NCBI GenBank assembly: GCA_041640595.1
Contig: JBEPZY010000001.1
Span: 704,001 to 768,000 of the forward strand
Direction: 5' to 3'
DNA length: 64,000 bases
DNA from: Gemmatales bacterium
GTDB taxonomy: Bacteria; Planctomycetota; Planctomycetia; Gemmatales; HRBIN36
Both the position numbers and the translations under genes were made by a program. The notes under the pieces were generated by a model that saw only the letters and a program-made list of their open reading frames with translations, was not told where the DNA came from and searched no databases. The first letter of the stretch is position 1. Each line of letters starts with the position of its first letter. Positions 1-10,509 of this stretch are shown one piece after another.

Positions 1-1357
1 CCTCATGACAAGCCAGCGTCTGTCGCGCCAGGTCGGGTAAACGACGTAGCTCCTCGATAATACGGGCTCCCTGTGTTGCCGACAGGTGGCGCATGCGTCC
101 AAAGTAAAGGGCCAGGAGGGTAAGGACAAGCACCTGGGAGGTAAATGCTTTGGTGCTGGCAACGCCTATTTCCGGACCGGCACGAAGGTAAACGCCACCA
201 TCTGCCTCGCGTGCTATGGTCGAACCGACGACATTGCAAATACTCAATGTTGGTATTCCCTTCCGTTTCGCCTCGCGTACAGCTGCTAACGTGTCAGCAG
301 TTTCACCGGACTGTGTAATCGCGATCAGGATCGTATTTTGCTCAATGGGGGCGTTGCGATAGCGGAATTCGCTTGCGTATTCGACTTCGACGGGAATTCG
401 ACTCAGTTCTTCAAACAGGTATTCTCCCACCAGTCCGGCGTGGTACGAGGTGCCGCATCCGGTAAGAATGATTCTGTCCACCTGGCGAAGGCGGCGCGGA
501 GAAAGATTCAGTCCGCCAAAGTGGGCCGTCGAATCGGTTTCGTCGAGCCGGCCTCGCATGGCGTTTTCCAGGGCTTCCGGCTGCTCGTAAATCTCTTTCA
601 GCATGTAATGGTCGAAACCATTGAGTTCGACATCCTCAGGTTGCCAATCCAGGGCATGGATGCTCGCCTCTACGGGAGTGCTATCACGATCGAATATTTC
701 CCAGCGCTCTGGTGTGAGCACGCAGATTTGCCCATCGTTCAGGTAAACCGCCCGCTGGGTGTAACCGACCAGAGCACTGGGATCACTGGCCAGGAACATT
801 TCCTGTTCACCCAGCCCCACTACCAGCGGCGAACCGAACCGAGCTCCGATGAGCAGGCCGGGATGCCGTGGACTGATAACAGCCAGACCGTAAGTGCCTT
901 TCAGGCGTGGCAAGGCTTTGCGGACGGCTTCGAGTAAATCCCCTTCGTAGTAGTAGGCAATCAGATGGGCGATAACTTCCGTATCCGTCTGGCTGCGAAA
1001 GACGAAACCTTCGCTTTCCAGTTGTGTTTTGAGATGAGCGTAATTTTCAATGACGCCGTTATGGACCACCGCCACCAGGTTATTGCCCCCGATGTGCGGA
1101 TGGGCATTGTAATCTGTTGCAGCACCGTGGGTAGCCCATCGCGTGTGGCTGATGCCGTGTTTTCCGGAAACCGGTTTTTCCGCAACCAACCGTATTAATT
1201 CGCTGAGCCGACCAGCCTTTTTCCGAACATGTAAGGTGTTGCCAGACAACGTTGCCAGCCCTGCGCTGTCATAGCCGCGGTATTCCAGCCGACGCAAACC
1301 TTCGAGCAAAATCGGCGTAGCCTCACGGTGACCGGTGTAACCAATGATACCGCACAT
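1..1357 (-). CDS. glmS: Glutamine--fructose-6-phosphate transaminase (5' part; runs off the window start)
   Basis: Reverse strand from ATG at 1357 reads MCGIIGYTGHREATPILLEGLRRLEYRGYDSAG, the classic GlmS N-terminus with catalytic Cys. SD GGAGGAG lies just upstream. Absent from the ORF track because it has no stop in the window. Confidence 0.95.
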   Translation of the reverse strand, partial: MCGIIGYTGHREATPILLEGLRRLEYRGYDSAGLATLSGNTLHVRKKAGRLSELIRLVAEKPVSGKHGISHTRWATHGAATDYNAHPHIGGNNLVAVVHNGVIENYAHLKTQLESEGFVFRSQTDTEVIAHLIAYYYEGDLLEAVRKALPRLKGTYGLAVISPRHPGLLIGARFGSPLVVGLGEQEMFLASDPSALVGYTQRAVYLNDGQICVLTPERWEIFDRDSTPVEASIHALDWQPEDVELNGFDHYMLKEIYEQPEALENAMRGRLDETDSTAHFGGLNLSPRRLRQVDRIILTGCGTSYHAGLVGEYLFEELSRIPVEVEYASEFRYRNAPIEQNTILIAITQSGETADTLAAVREAKRKGIPTLSICNVVGSTIAREADGGVYLRAGPEIGVASTKAFTSQVLVLTLLALYFGRMRHLSATQGARIIEELRRLPDLARQTLACHE

Positions 1358-1603
1358 ATTTTCTCCTCCCGAATAGCGCCGGTCTCGAAGATGCTCCGCA
1401 CCGGAGTAAATCTGTCTCCCAATGTGGGCCGAAGAAAATCCCGCAACTTATGAAAAGCTGTGCCCGCAAAAGGCATTCCCGACCCCGCCATGTAGCAGCC
1501 GGCGATGATGCGAGCAAGAGCAGTTCAGGAAAACGGCGATGCCTGGGTCTGGAAGCAGCCAGTAAAATGGCAGTGTCGAAAAGGAAGGAGTCAGGGGCTG
1601 GCA

Positions 1604-2026
1604 ATGAAAACTTTCACACGCTATCTCACGATGCATCTGCCGCAACGCTACGGCTTTGTCAACATCACGCCTCAAGTGAAACAGGCGGTGCGGGAAAGTG
1701 GAGTGAAGGAAGGGATTTGCCTGGTCAACAGCATGCACATCACCAGTTCGGTGTTCATCAACGACGATGAACGTGGCCTGCATGAGGATTTTTTGCGTTG
1801 GTTGGAACAACTGGCTCCTCACAATCCCGATCCCGACGTTTATCACCACAACCGGACGGGTGAAGATAACGCGGATGCGCATTTGAAGCGGCAAATCATG
1901 GGGCGGGAAGTGGTCGTGGCGATTACCAACGGGGAATTGGACTTCGGGCCGTGGGAACAAATTTTTTACGGCGAGTTTGATGGCCGCCGACCCAAACGTG
2001 TGCTCATCAAGATCATCGGCGACTGA
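1604..2026 (+). CDS. yjbQ: YjbQ/UPF0047 family protein (secondary thiamine-phosphate synthase)
   Basis: Motifs [40 protein letters not shown]. Start moved to ATG 1604. Confidence 0.9.
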   Translation: MKTFTRYLTMHLPQRYGFVNITPQVKQAVRESGVKEGICLVNSMHITSSVFINDDERGLHEDFLRWLEQLAPHNPDPDVYHHNRTGEDNADAHLKRQIMGREVVVAITNGELDFGPWEQIFYGEFDGRRPKRVLIKIIGD

Positions 2027-2027
2027 G

Positions 2028-3350
2028 ATGTTTCCGAAGACGGCTTTTCTTGTCGCAACCTCGCAAGCGCCCAGTTGGGGGCAATCGCAATGGCAGACCT
2101 TCGCGCCGTTCGGTATTGCCCTGGCTATCGGTTGCTTGATTGGCCTGGAACGAGAAAGGTCGGCTCCAACGGAGAATCAGGGCCTACCAGGTGGCATTCG
2201 CACCTTCCCGTTGATAGGTTTGCTCGGGTGCAGTGCTGCCTGGTTTGGAGAGCAGATTCATCTGGCCGTTTTCGTGGCGCTGACGGCAGGTTTTGCGGCG
2301 ATAGTGGTGATGGCTTACTTTTTGACCGGAAGTCGTGGTGACATCGGCATGACAACCGAAGTAGCCGCTTTGTTAACTTACCTGTTCGGAGCCATGACTT
2401 ACCAGGGACACTGGTTGCTGGCGGCAGGGCTGGCGGTTGCGACCACCGTGTTGCTCTCGTTGCGCCGAATATTGCACGAATGGGTGCGGCGAATTTCGGA
2501 GCAAGATTTATACGCGGCGTTACAGCTGGCGGTTACGACTGTCATTATTTTGCCTTTGTTGCCCGACGTGGATTATGGCCCCGAGCCGGTTCGTTTGTTC
2601 AATCCATTTCGCACCTGGCTGCTGGTGGTGCTGGTGAGTGGGGTTGGCTTTGTAGCCTACGTCGTTATGCGCTGGATCGGGCCCCGGTGGGGATTGCCAC
2701 TCACGGGTCTGCTCGGAGGAATGATTTCGAGCACTGCGGTTACTTTGGCGCTGGCACAACGGGCCAGCCAGGAACCCCACCTGAGCCGGCATTATGCTCT
2801 GGCGATCGGCCTTTCCTGGGCGGCGATGAGTTTCCGGGTGCTGGTGGTGACCAGCCTGGTGGAGTGGGAGTTGCTTGGGTATCTCGCACCGCCGTTCGTA
2901 TTGGCGTCATTACTGTCCGGAGGAACAGCCCTGGCACTGCTGGCTCCGCAGGTGGCGCGAGAACCAATCGAACTACCTGCACGAAACCCGTTCTCGCTCT
3001 GGTCAGCCATACGGTTGGCAGGGTTATTCGTGCTGATACTATTCGCGGTTCGCATGGCTCAGTATTATTTTTCCGAGTCCGGCTTGCTTTTGGCCTCGGT
3101 GCTGGCTGGTGTGGCTGATATGGACTCCATCACGTTGAGTCTGGCACAATTTGCGGCCCGAGGTGAACTTGCGCCGCACCTGGCCATGTTCGGTATTTGC
3201 CTGGCCGCCCTGAGCAATACGCTGACCAAGACGTTCCTGGCCCTTTTCTTCGGCAAAGCTGGGCTTGGGGTTTTGGTAGTCGGCCTCGGTTTATTGACCA
3301 TCCTCGGAGGAGCAACCGGATTACTGCTGGTGATGGCTTTTATCTCGTGA
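2028..3350 (+). CDS. MgtC/SapB family membrane protein with DUF4010 domain
   Basis: IGLERE...GGIRTF, GMTTE, GGMISSTAVT, GVADMD motifs and many TM segments. ATG 1 nt after the yjbQ stop. Confidence 0.85.
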   Translation: MFPKTAFLVATSQAPSWGQSQWQTFAPFGIALAIGCLIGLERERSAPTENQGLPGGIRTFPLIGLLGCSAAWFGEQIHLAVFVALTAGFAAIVVMAYFLTGSRGDIGMTTEVAALLTYLFGAMTYQGHWLLAAGLAVATTVLLSLRRILHEWVRRISEQDLYAALQLAVTTVIILPLLPDVDYGPEPVRLFNPFRTWLLVVLVSGVGFVAYVVMRWIGPRWGLPLTGLLGGMISSTAVTLALAQRASQEPHLSRHYALAIGLSWAAMSFRVLVVTSLVEWELLGYLAPPFVLASLLSGGTALALLAPQVAREPIELPARNPFSLWSAIRLAGLFVLILFAVRMAQYYFSESGLLLASVLAGVADMDSITLSLAQFAARGELAPHLAMFGICLAALSNTLTKTFLALFFGKAGLGVLVVGLGLLTILGGATGLLLVMAFIS

Positions 3351-3365
3351 CAGGCAGGACTGGCC

Positions 3366-5066
3366 ATGGAACAAGTCGTCCACGTGCGCGTCTGTGATGC
3401 TCAGACGGGCGCTTCTCTGCCGTGCCGACTCTTAATCCGGGATACCACTGGCCAGCTGCACGTACCGTTAGGTTACCTGCGCAATCCCTCGGTAGAAGAA
3501 GGCCAGGAAGTCGGCGGACATCTGGTGCAAGGTGGCGACGTTTGGACTTACATAGATGGCCAGTGTGAAGTGCGTTTGCCTCCCGGACGGTTGTTCTTCC
3601 AGGTTCGGCGAGGCTTGCGCTATCTACCTCTTTGCACAGAGGAAGACCGGGGCCTGGGACGAATCGCTGTTCGTCTGCGTATGCGGCAGGCGATTTCGTC
3701 GGAGCCAGGGTGGTACTGGGCAGACACACGTGCTCACTGGCTGACGCCTGCTGCCGCGGCTCTTGAAGGTGCAGCAGAAGACCTTGATCTCGTTCATGTC
3801 CTGGCAGCCCGCTGGGATCGGCCAGGACTGCCTCGCATTTCTAACCTTTTGGATTTCAGTGGGCAGCAAGTCTTGCTGGAACGTTACGGGTGTAAGGTAG
3901 TGGTCAATACCTACCAGCGCGGTGGTGCTTGGGGCGACCTGGCATTGCTCCATTGTCATCGAATTGTTTTTCCGCTGGTGTCGGGAGAAACCGGCTTTGA
4001 ACACTACACCTTGGCTGATTGGTGCTACCAGTGCCACCGCAAAGGCGGACTGGTCATCTGGCCCGGTTTTCCCGGTGAAATGGGAGAACGCTTCCTGCTG
4101 GCGGTGCTTGGAGACATAGACGGGATCGAATGGTGCGGCGAAACGTTATGCGCTCAGGAAGCGCAGGCTTCGGACCCGTCGAATCAACCCGCTAAATTGG
4201 GCCCAGACGATTGTGCTGACTGCACATCCGGCCTGCAACCCGACACCGGTTTGACTGCCGGAGGGTTAGCTCTTTGGTATGCTTTACTTAATCTGGGCAA
4301 GCGTCTGGCCATTGTCGGAGCCAGTGGCAAGCGCTCCAACGCTACTCCCCTCGGGGCTGTTCGCACGGCGACGTTTCTTGGAGCCGAGCCACTAACGCCA
4401 GCTGCCTGGGTGGCGGCTGTCAAACGAGGCCAAACTTACGCTACATGCGGTCCCGTTCTGCGCTGGCAAATCAACGGGCAGCAGAACATCTGGAACTGGC
4501 CACCTCCTGCTGGCGAACTCCAACACGGTCCCCCTGAACGCCTTGAAGATGCATCCTCACAACAGACTGCCGTTCCGCTCCCTCAAAAGTCCGAACCGGA
4601 AGTTTTGGACATTCAGGTTCAAGCTCGCAGTGTCTTGCCATTTATGCGTCTGGAGTTGATATGTGCTGGACAGGTGATGGAAAGTGCTTCCGCGAGCGAA
4701 ACAGTAGTTGAAGCGGTTGAAGGATCGAAAGCGAGTGTCGGGAATGCCGAGAGAGATGCTAACCACTCGCCTCGAATCTGGCTTGCGGAACTGCGCTGGC
4801 AAATTCGGTTCGACAAGCTCGCCGAACTACCTGGCAATTGGCTGGCCCTTCGCTGCTGGCGAGGGGATTGCCTGGTGGCGCATTCCTCGGCGATATGGTT
4901 ACCGACCTTTGCACAGCTAAGCAGAGCGGATCGGGACTTGCTGGAACATGCCCTTGGTAAAAGCGAGGCGATTATTCAAAACACGGCCCATCCGCGGCGA
5001 GAGACATTGTTGCAGCGGCTAGACGAAGCTCGCGCACTCATTCATTGCCGTGGTCGGAACCGCTAA
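3366..5066 (+). CDS. CehA/McbA-like (PHP-fold) metallohydrolase-related protein
   Basis: 566 aa. GWYWADTRAH, WYALLNLG-x-RL, GAVRT, WVAAVKRGQTYATCGP and AHSS motifs resemble this family. Confidence 0.55.
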   Translation: MEQVVHVRVCDAQTGASLPCRLLIRDTTGQLHVPLGYLRNPSVEEGQEVGGHLVQGGDVWTYIDGQCEVRLPPGRLFFQVRRGLRYLPLCTEEDRGLGRIAVRLRMRQAISSEPGWYWADTRAHWLTPAAAALEGAAEDLDLVHVLAARWDRPGLPRISNLLDFSGQQVLLERYGCKVVVNTYQRGGAWGDLALLHCHRIVFPLVSGETGFEHYTLADWCYQCHRKGGLVIWPGFPGEMGERFLLAVLGDIDGIEWCGETLCAQEAQASDPSNQPAKLGPDDCADCTSGLQPDTGLTAGGLALWYALLNLGKRLAIVGASGKRSNATPLGAVRTATFLGAEPLTPAAWVAAVKRGQTYATCGPVLRWQINGQQNIWNWPPPAGELQHGPPERLEDASSQQTAVPLPQKSEPEVLDIQVQARSVLPFMRLELICAGQVMESASASETVVEAVEGSKASVGNAERDANHSPRIWLAELRWQIRFDKLAELPGNWLALRCWRGDCLVAHSSAIWLPTFAQLSRADRDLLEHALGKSEAIIQNTAHPRRETLLQRLDEARALIHCRGRNR

Positions 5067-5076
5067 TAGTTTTTGC

Positions 5077-5106
5077 TTGACGGCGGCCCCAGCGCATTTT
5101 TATAAT
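5077..5106 (+). promoter_or_regulatory. sigma70-type promoter of the DUF1559 gene
   Basis: TTGACG (5077)-18 nt-TATAAT (5101); SD AAGGAGG before ATG 5163. Confidence 0.65.
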
Positions 5107-5162
5107 TTGGTAAGTGTGGCCTTTCCGGATGAATTTATGCTGCTCATCAAAGGAGGCGGAGC

Positions 5163-6110
5163 ATGTACAGGCGAAGAGCATTTACGCTCATTGAATTGCT
5201 CGTGGTAATTGCCATCATCGGCTTGCTTCTGGCGTTACTTTTACCGGCCATCCAGCGTGTGAGGGAAGCATCCAATCGCATGCGTTGTGGCAACAACCTG
5301 CGGCAACTGGCGATTGCACTTCACAATTATCACAACACCCATAGCGCATTTCCCTATGGCGGTAAAAATGCTTGCGACAACCCGGTGGATCCCAACACAC
5401 CTGCTGGCTATTGTCCCGACCCTAGTGGCTCAGGGGGTTGTTGCGCGCCGTTTCCTCACTCCAATCCTGATCTGCGAACAGAGTGGAACTGGACGTACCA
5501 TATTTTGCCTTACCTGGAGTTAGATTATGTCCATAGGAATACCAATGCCAGTCAGGTGCAAAATTACATCGTTGCTCTTTTCTATTGCCCGACGCGCCGG
5601 CGTCCTAATGCCCCGAGTCGAAGTGACTATGCAGGCAATATAGGCAGCTCCAGTTCCCAATCTAATATCAATGGTGTTTTCGTGCACAACAGCAGACCTT
5701 TCCCAGTTTCCGTGGACCAGATTTTCGATGGGACCAGCAACACGATATTGCTGGGTGAGAAGCAAGTTTCTGTGCGATTTATGGGACAGTCAGGTTATTG
5801 CTGCGATGACAATGAATCGCCATTTACCCCTGGTTGGGATGCGGACGTGCTCCGCTTCGGTAACGCCACACTAGCCGCTAACTATAGTAGCGGCCCACCT
5901 GGGCCCGATAACCAGGATCCGCATGATTTGGCCAACTCAGCTAGCGGACCCAGTTCCTGGCGATTTGGTTCGCGGCATCCTGGCTCGTTCAATGCTGTAA
6001 TGGCGGACCACAGTGTCAGGAAGATTCGCTTTACCTGCAACCCGATGATGTTCCAGAACCTGTGTGTCCGTGATGATGGCAATGCGGTCAATTTCAGTCA
6101 ACTCGAATGA
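5163..6110 (+). CDS. DUF1559 family prepilin-like protein
   Basis: [31 protein letters not shown]...[27 protein letters not shown]-terminal H-X9-D ([11 protein letters not shown]). Confidence 0.95.
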   Translation: MYRRRAFTLIELLVVIAIIGLLLALLLPAIQRVREASNRMRCGNNLRQLAIALHNYHNTHSAFPYGGKNACDNPVDPNTPAGYCPDPSGSGGCCAPFPHSNPDLRTEWNWTYHILPYLELDYVHRNTNASQVQNYIVALFYCPTRRRPNAPSRSDYAGNIGSSSSQSNINGVFVHNSRPFPVSVDQIFDGTSNTILLGEKQVSVRFMGQSGYCCDDNESPFTPGWDADVLRFGNATLAANYSSGPPGPDNQDPHDLANSASGPSSWRFGSRHPGSFNAVMADHSVRKIRFTCNPMMFQNLCVRDDGNAVNFSQLE

Positions 6111-6149
6111 GCAACTCGGAGATGCTACAGGATGTTTTGGGGCACCACG

Positions 6150-6326
6150 ATGCGAAAATGGCTGCTGCGCGTGTTTGTTGCGGTCATGGTTGGGGCGGCT
6201 GTGACCGGCTGCGGTAACGGTACTCGACCGCCAACGGAAGAGGAAATCCGCAAATACGAGGAGGAACACAAGAAAGCCGTTGAACAGGAGGCACAGCAGC
6301 AACATCGTACCGATCAGGAACAGTAG
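6150..6326 (+). CDS. Small lipoprotein downstream of DUF1559
   Basis: MRKWLLRVFVAVMVGAAVTGC lipobox followed by a charged helix; a usual partner of DUF1559 genes. Confidence 0.7.
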   Translation: MRKWLLRVFVAVMVGAAVTGCGNGTRPPTEEEIRKYEEEHKKAVEQEAQQQHRTDQEQ

Positions 6327-6545
6327 TCAATTTCCTTAGGCGTCCGAAAAAGATTCGACCAGTGCATCGCCTGCAGGCTGCTCTGGTCGCTTTTGGCATT
6401 TTGCGTGGATTCTCTAACAAGCTCGCTGCGTGAATTCGCTGGAGGCACGCGGCTTTGCTTTTTCCGATGACTTGCGTGGGCTGTGCTTTACTTTTTGTTG
6501 CTGCTCAGCAATAATGTTTCCCTGCTCAGAAGCGTTGCCGAGACT

Positions 6546-7175
6546 ATGCAGGGAGCATTGCAAACCATGCCTTATAGTGCGCGACTGGCAAAAGCCCTGG
6601 ACTACGCGGTTGGTTTGTTTGGCGAACAGAAGCGCAAAGTGGGTGGTGCCCCGGTCATATCCCATTTGCTGATGGTGGCAGCTTTGGTAAGCGAGGCAGG
6701 CGGTGATGAAGACCAGATCATCGCTGCGTTATTGCACGACGCTGCCGAAGATGCTGGCGGTGAGCGTACCCTGCAGCAAATTCGTGAGCAGTTCGGCGAC
6801 CGTGTGGCCATGATCGTGGACTGGTGTTCCGATACACTGGAGTTTCCAAAGCCCCCCTGGGAGACGCGAAAGCGGGCGCACGTGCAACGACTTTATCAGG
6901 CGCCTTCGGAAGCTTTGCTGGTTGTACTCGCGGACAAACTTCACAACGCTCGCTCTATCCTGGCAGCCCTGCGGCGAATCGGCCCAGAGGTTTTTTCCTT
7001 CTTTTCCGGCGGTCGGGACGGAACGCTCTGGTACTATCGGGAAATGGTACGGCTATTCCGGAAACAGCTTCCCGACTGCGACCTGACAGGCGAGCTTACC
7101 CGCACAGTGGAAGAAATCCATCGCCGCCTCGAAAACCCTCCGCTCCCCGTTAGTTATGAACAGCCGGGGCAGTGA
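6546..7175 (+). CDS. HD-domain hydrolase, RelA/SpoT-hydrolase (small alarmone hydrolase/Mesh1)-like
   Basis: ISH, ALLHDAAEDAG and LADKLHN motifs; single domain. Start is 6546 or 6567. Confidence 0.75.
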   Translation: MQGALQTMPYSARLAKALDYAVGLFGEQKRKVGGAPVISHLLMVAALVSEAGGDEDQIIAALLHDAAEDAGGERTLQQIREQFGDRVAMIVDWCSDTLEFPKPPWETRKRAHVQRLYQAPSEALLVVLADKLHNARSILAALRRIGPEVFSFFSGGRDGTLWYYREMVRLFRKQLPDCDLTGELTRTVEEIHRRLENPPLPVSYEQPGQ

Positions 7176-7207
7176 AGCGACTCGCCGTAACCCGGAACGG
7201 GAGCGTA

Positions 7208-8755
7208 TCAGAGCGTCGGACCGATAGTCCAGGGGGCGAACTCTTCCTCGCCGACACCGTGTAATTCGCTTTTGGTTTTTTTGCCGCTGGCCACTGCAAG
7301 AATCTCCTCGAAAATCATCCTGCCCACGTCCGCAACGCTAACCCCGCGACTCAGGATTACGCCGGCATCTATGTCCATGTCGTCGGACATTCGCTCGTAA
7401 AGCGGAGTGTTTGTCGAGACCTTTATCGTGGGTACCGGTTTACAACCGTAAACCGAACCGCGACCGGTGGTGAAAACTGCAATGTTACAACCGCCCGCTA
7501 CCAGCCCAGTCATCGAGACGGGATCATAGCCGGGGGTATCCATCACCACCAAACCCGTGGAACGAATAGGCTCGGCATACAGGACAACGTCCATGAGCGC
7601 TGTGGTGCCACCTTTAGCTACCGCACCGAGCGATTTTTCGTAGATCGTGGTCAAGCCACCGGCCTTGTTTCCTGGAGAAGGATTGTTGTTGATTTCCGCC
7701 CCGAACAGTCCCGTGTACCATTCCCACCAGCGAATCCGCTCGACCAGTTTCTCCCCGACCGCACGTGTGATCGCCCGGCGAGTAAGAAGATGCTCGGCAC
7801 CGTAAATTTCCGGTGTTTCTGCGAGAACCACGGTACCGCCCTGGGCGACCAGCAGATCGGAAGCGTAGCCCAGCGCGGGATTTGCCGTCACGCCGCTGTT
7901 ACCGTCGGAGCCACCACATTGCGTGGCCAGCACCAGCTTGCTTGCCGGGAGAGAAACGCGCTTCACGTCGTTGACGCGGGGCAGTATCTCAGCAACGGCA
8001 CGCACACCGGCTTCGACCGTTCTCGCAATGCCGCCACATTCCTGAATGGTCAGCACTACAGGCAACGAATGCTTCTGTCCCAGCTGCAAAAGGCCTCCCT
8101 GCACCAGATGCAAAGCCTGAGCGGTTTCACAGCCTAATCCGACCAGAATGGAGGCACCGATATTGGCATGGCGAGCGAATCCCGCCAGAGTACGCTCCAG
8201 TTGTTGATGGTCAGGCCCTTCAAACGGAATTGCGCAACCGCTCTTATGAGTGATGGCAATCACGCCGTCCACATTGGGATATTGACGCAGCAGGTCGCTG
8301 TGGCGGATGCGTTCGGAAATGTATTTACTCACGCTGGCCGAACAGTTTACCGTACTGATAACGGCCACGTAGTTTCGTGTGCCATACCTGCCGTCGCCGC
8401 GATCGTAGCCGTGGAAGTAGCGTACTTCCTCTGCACGTACCGGTGGCGGGACCTCCGTACAGAACGCATAATCCCGTTCAAAACGCCCCAGGTGAACGTT
8501 GTGCACGTGCACATGTTCGCCAGGAACAATATCCTGGCTGGCAAAGCCGATGATCTGCCCGAACTTGCGAATAGCCTCCCCGCGAACAATTGGTCGCAGG
8601 GCCACTTTGTGCCCCATAGGAATACTTCCGGTCAACCGAATTCGCTGTCCGTTGCAACTTATTGCCTGGCCAGCTTCGAGATTGCGAGCGGCAACGGCTA
8701 CGTTATCTTCCAATCGCAAATGCACCACATCCGGCGGTGTGTGGGTATTGGACAT
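7208..8755 (-). CDS. uxaA: Altronate dehydratase family (UxaA/GarD) with N-terminal SAF domain
   Basis: DNVAVA/GHKVAL/HVHVHN SAF motifs; CGGSDGNSGVTANP, NNPSPGNKAGGLTTIYEKSLG, FTTGRGS. Confidence 0.88.
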   Translation of the reverse strand: MSNTHTPPDVVHLRLEDNVAVAARNLEAGQAISCNGQRIRLTGSIPMGHKVALRPIVRGEAIRKFGQIIGFASQDIVPGEHVHVHNVHLGRFERDYAFCTEVPPPVRAEEVRYFHGYDRGDGRYGTRNYVAVISTVNCSASVSKYISERIRHSDLLRQYPNVDGVIAITHKSGCAIPFEGPDHQQLERTLAGFARHANIGASILVGLGCETAQALHLVQGGLLQLGQKHSLPVVLTIQECGGIARTVEAGVRAVAEILPRVNDVKRVSLPASKLVLATQCGGSDGNSGVTANPALGYASDLLVAQGGTVVLAETPEIYGAEHLLTRRAITRAVGEKLVERIRWWEWYTGLFGAEINNNPSPGNKAGGLTTIYEKSLGAVAKGGTTALMDVVLYAEPIRSTGLVVMDTPGYDPVSMTGLVAGGCNIAVFTTGRGSVYGCKPVPTIKVSTNTPLYERMSDDMDIDAGVILSRGVSVADVGRMIFEEILAVASGKKTKSELHGVGEEEFAPWTIGPTL

Positions 8756-8874
8756 GGCAACCCTCGGGTTATGGCCTTATGGTTCGTTTGTCCATAAGGT
8801 CGGCACACTGGTTTGCTTACGCCGACTAGGGCGTAGGCGAGTTACTCTGGATATTGTATCTGTGGAGATAGCGA

Positions 8875-9852
8875 ATGCCGGCAACAAAACCTTATCTGCA
8901 TCTGCAACACTGGCTTACCATCGGCGAGCTTTTACGCATCAGCAACCTTCCCACCGCCTGGGCTGATGTTGCCTGTGGCTGGCTCATTGGTGTGCACCAT
9001 GGCCCGGAGGGAATGGTCGTTCCAGGCAACTTGGCCGGTCTTTTGGGACTCCTGATCAGTAGCAGTGGCCTCTATCTTTCGGGCATGGCCTGGAACGATT
9101 TTTTTGACGCCGCAGTGGATGCGGTAGAACGCCCCTGGCGACCGATTCCTTCCGGCCGTATCAGCCGTCAAACTGCCGCTGCAATTGCAAGCGGGCTGAT
9201 GCTGACGGGCATCCTCGCCGCAGGCCTGACCTCGTGGTGGAATGCGACCTGCCTGCCCCTGGCGCTCAGTGGTTGTCTCGCCTTACTTATCCTGGCCTAT
9301 GACGGCTGGCTCAAGCAAAACTGGACTGGCCCGTTTGTCCTGGGAGCGTGCCGCTTCCTGAATGTGATCCTGGGTGGCAGTTTGACCCCGGAAGTCTTTT
9401 CCTCGTGGTTGCTGTACGTCGCTGCCACCAATGGCGTTTATGTCATCGGCGTAAGCTCGCTAGCGCGGGGCGAGACCGGGAACGTCAGCCGGGCTTGGTT
9501 CCTCGCTTCCGGCCTGTTCCTGACGCTTTCGTTTTTGATGACGCTGGCGACTGGCGTTTGGCCCATCATTGGAGTTTCTGATTACGCATCCGTCTCGGAG
9601 CATCCACGCTGGTCATGGTTCGTGTGGTGGACCATGTTTGCTTGGTGGGGAGTTGGGCTAGTGCGGCTGATCCTTGGTGTGCGATCCACACAGACCCCTG
9701 GTCAGATACAGCAAGTCGTTGGAAAGCTTCTGGCCAGGATAACTGTGCTGGACGCGCTTCTGGCAGCAGCAATCGTTGGCCCTGTCGCGTATCTTATTGC
9801 TGTGCTGATGGTTCCCGCGTGGTGGCTGCGGCGGTTCTTCGCGCCTTCGTAA
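8875..9852 (+). CDS. UbiA family prenyltransferase (EboC-like)
   Basis: RISNLPTAWADV, NDFFDAAVDAVERPWRPIPSGRI, YD, GACRFLN. Confidence 0.85.
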   Translation: MPATKPYLHLQHWLTIGELLRISNLPTAWADVACGWLIGVHHGPEGMVVPGNLAGLLGLLISSSGLYLSGMAWNDFFDAAVDAVERPWRPIPSGRISRQTAAAIASGLMLTGILAAGLTSWWNATCLPLALSGCLALLILAYDGWLKQNWTGPFVLGACRFLNVILGGSLTPEVFSSWLLYVAATNGVYVIGVSSLARGETGNVSRAWFLASGLFLTLSFLMTLATGVWPIIGVSDYASVSEHPRWSWFVWWTMFAWWGVGLVRLILGVRSTQTPGQIQQVVGKLLARITVLDALLAAAIVGPVAYLIAVLMVPAWWLRRFFAPS

Positions 9853-9931
9853 TTCGCTTCTTCCCGGTTGCCGCTACTCGCCAACGTTGTTGCCGTAATA
9901 GTCTCGCCAACCGCAGGAATTGCCGGGCTGT

Positions 9932-10387
9932 TTATTGCGGATTCGTCGGTAATAACATCGGCCCCGGTGATCCTGGGCGGAACTGAAGACTGTAAAGAAC
10001 GGGGCCCTGGTCTGGAACGAAGATGAGGGTCTGTAGCAACACCCGGCCGGTCTGAGCGTCTCGAACGATAACGGGACGGCGACTCTGGGCTGGCAAACGC
10101 TCCCAGACAGTTTCGCCCGGCACCAGGCGAATGGAGGCACCGGCTCCGGGAGTCAAACCGATGACCAGTACAGGAATTTTCAGGTCGTTGCGGATGCCGA
10201 CACGGACCGGCGACGGCTCCAGGGCCAAAAGCGTTTCAGCCCTGCTTGCGACAGTCATGCCGATTAGGAAAGCAAGCCGCCATGCCAGACGCACGGAATA
10301 CCTCCATCTGTTTGCCACTAGCATAACGCAGGAAAAGAGCCGAACTTGCGCTAAGTAGGTGCCCCCTAGCGGTGTTGCGATGCTCAA
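9932..10387 (-). CDS. Hypothetical, probably exported protein (true start likely downstream)
   Basis: 151-aa ORF filling the gap, with a signal-like hydrophobic segment followed by a beta-rich stretch. Confidence 0.45.
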   Translation of the reverse strand: MSIATPLGGTYLAQVRLFSCVMLVANRWRYSVRLAWRLAFLIGMTVASRAETLLALEPSPVRVGIRNDLKIPVLVIGLTPGAGASIRLVPGETVWERLPAQSRRPVIVRDAQTGRVLLQTLIFVPDQGPVLYSLQFRPGSPGPMLLPTNPQ

Positions 10388-10431
10388 CGTTAGCTATTGT
10401 CTTTATCTAGCTGCCGCCAGCCAAATCGGAA

Positions 10432-10460
10432 TTGAGCAGCACGCCAGGACGGCGTATAAT
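10432..10460 (+). promoter_or_regulatory. Putative sigma70 promoter for DUF2617-fwdC
   Basis: TTGAGC-17 nt-TATAAT. Confidence 0.5.
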
Positions 10461-10509
10461 CGTGGAAAAGGGCGAATTTTCATGGTGCCATCTGCCAGGA
10501 AACCTTGTC

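Noticed and set aside
1358..1603. glmS ribozyme in the glmS leader
   Set aside because: The AGCGCC-like stretch is on the non-mRNA strand, and I could not find the conserved core on the minus strand.
3348..3366. Sec readthrough fusing MgtC/DUF4010 to the next in-frame ORF
   Set aside because: No Cys-equivalent context; the downstream gene has its own SD-like GCAGGA and ATG.
6108..6150. TGA readthrough from DUF1559 into the in-frame lipoprotein
   Set aside because: DUF1559 ends at its usual position and the lipoprotein needs its own N-terminal signal peptide.
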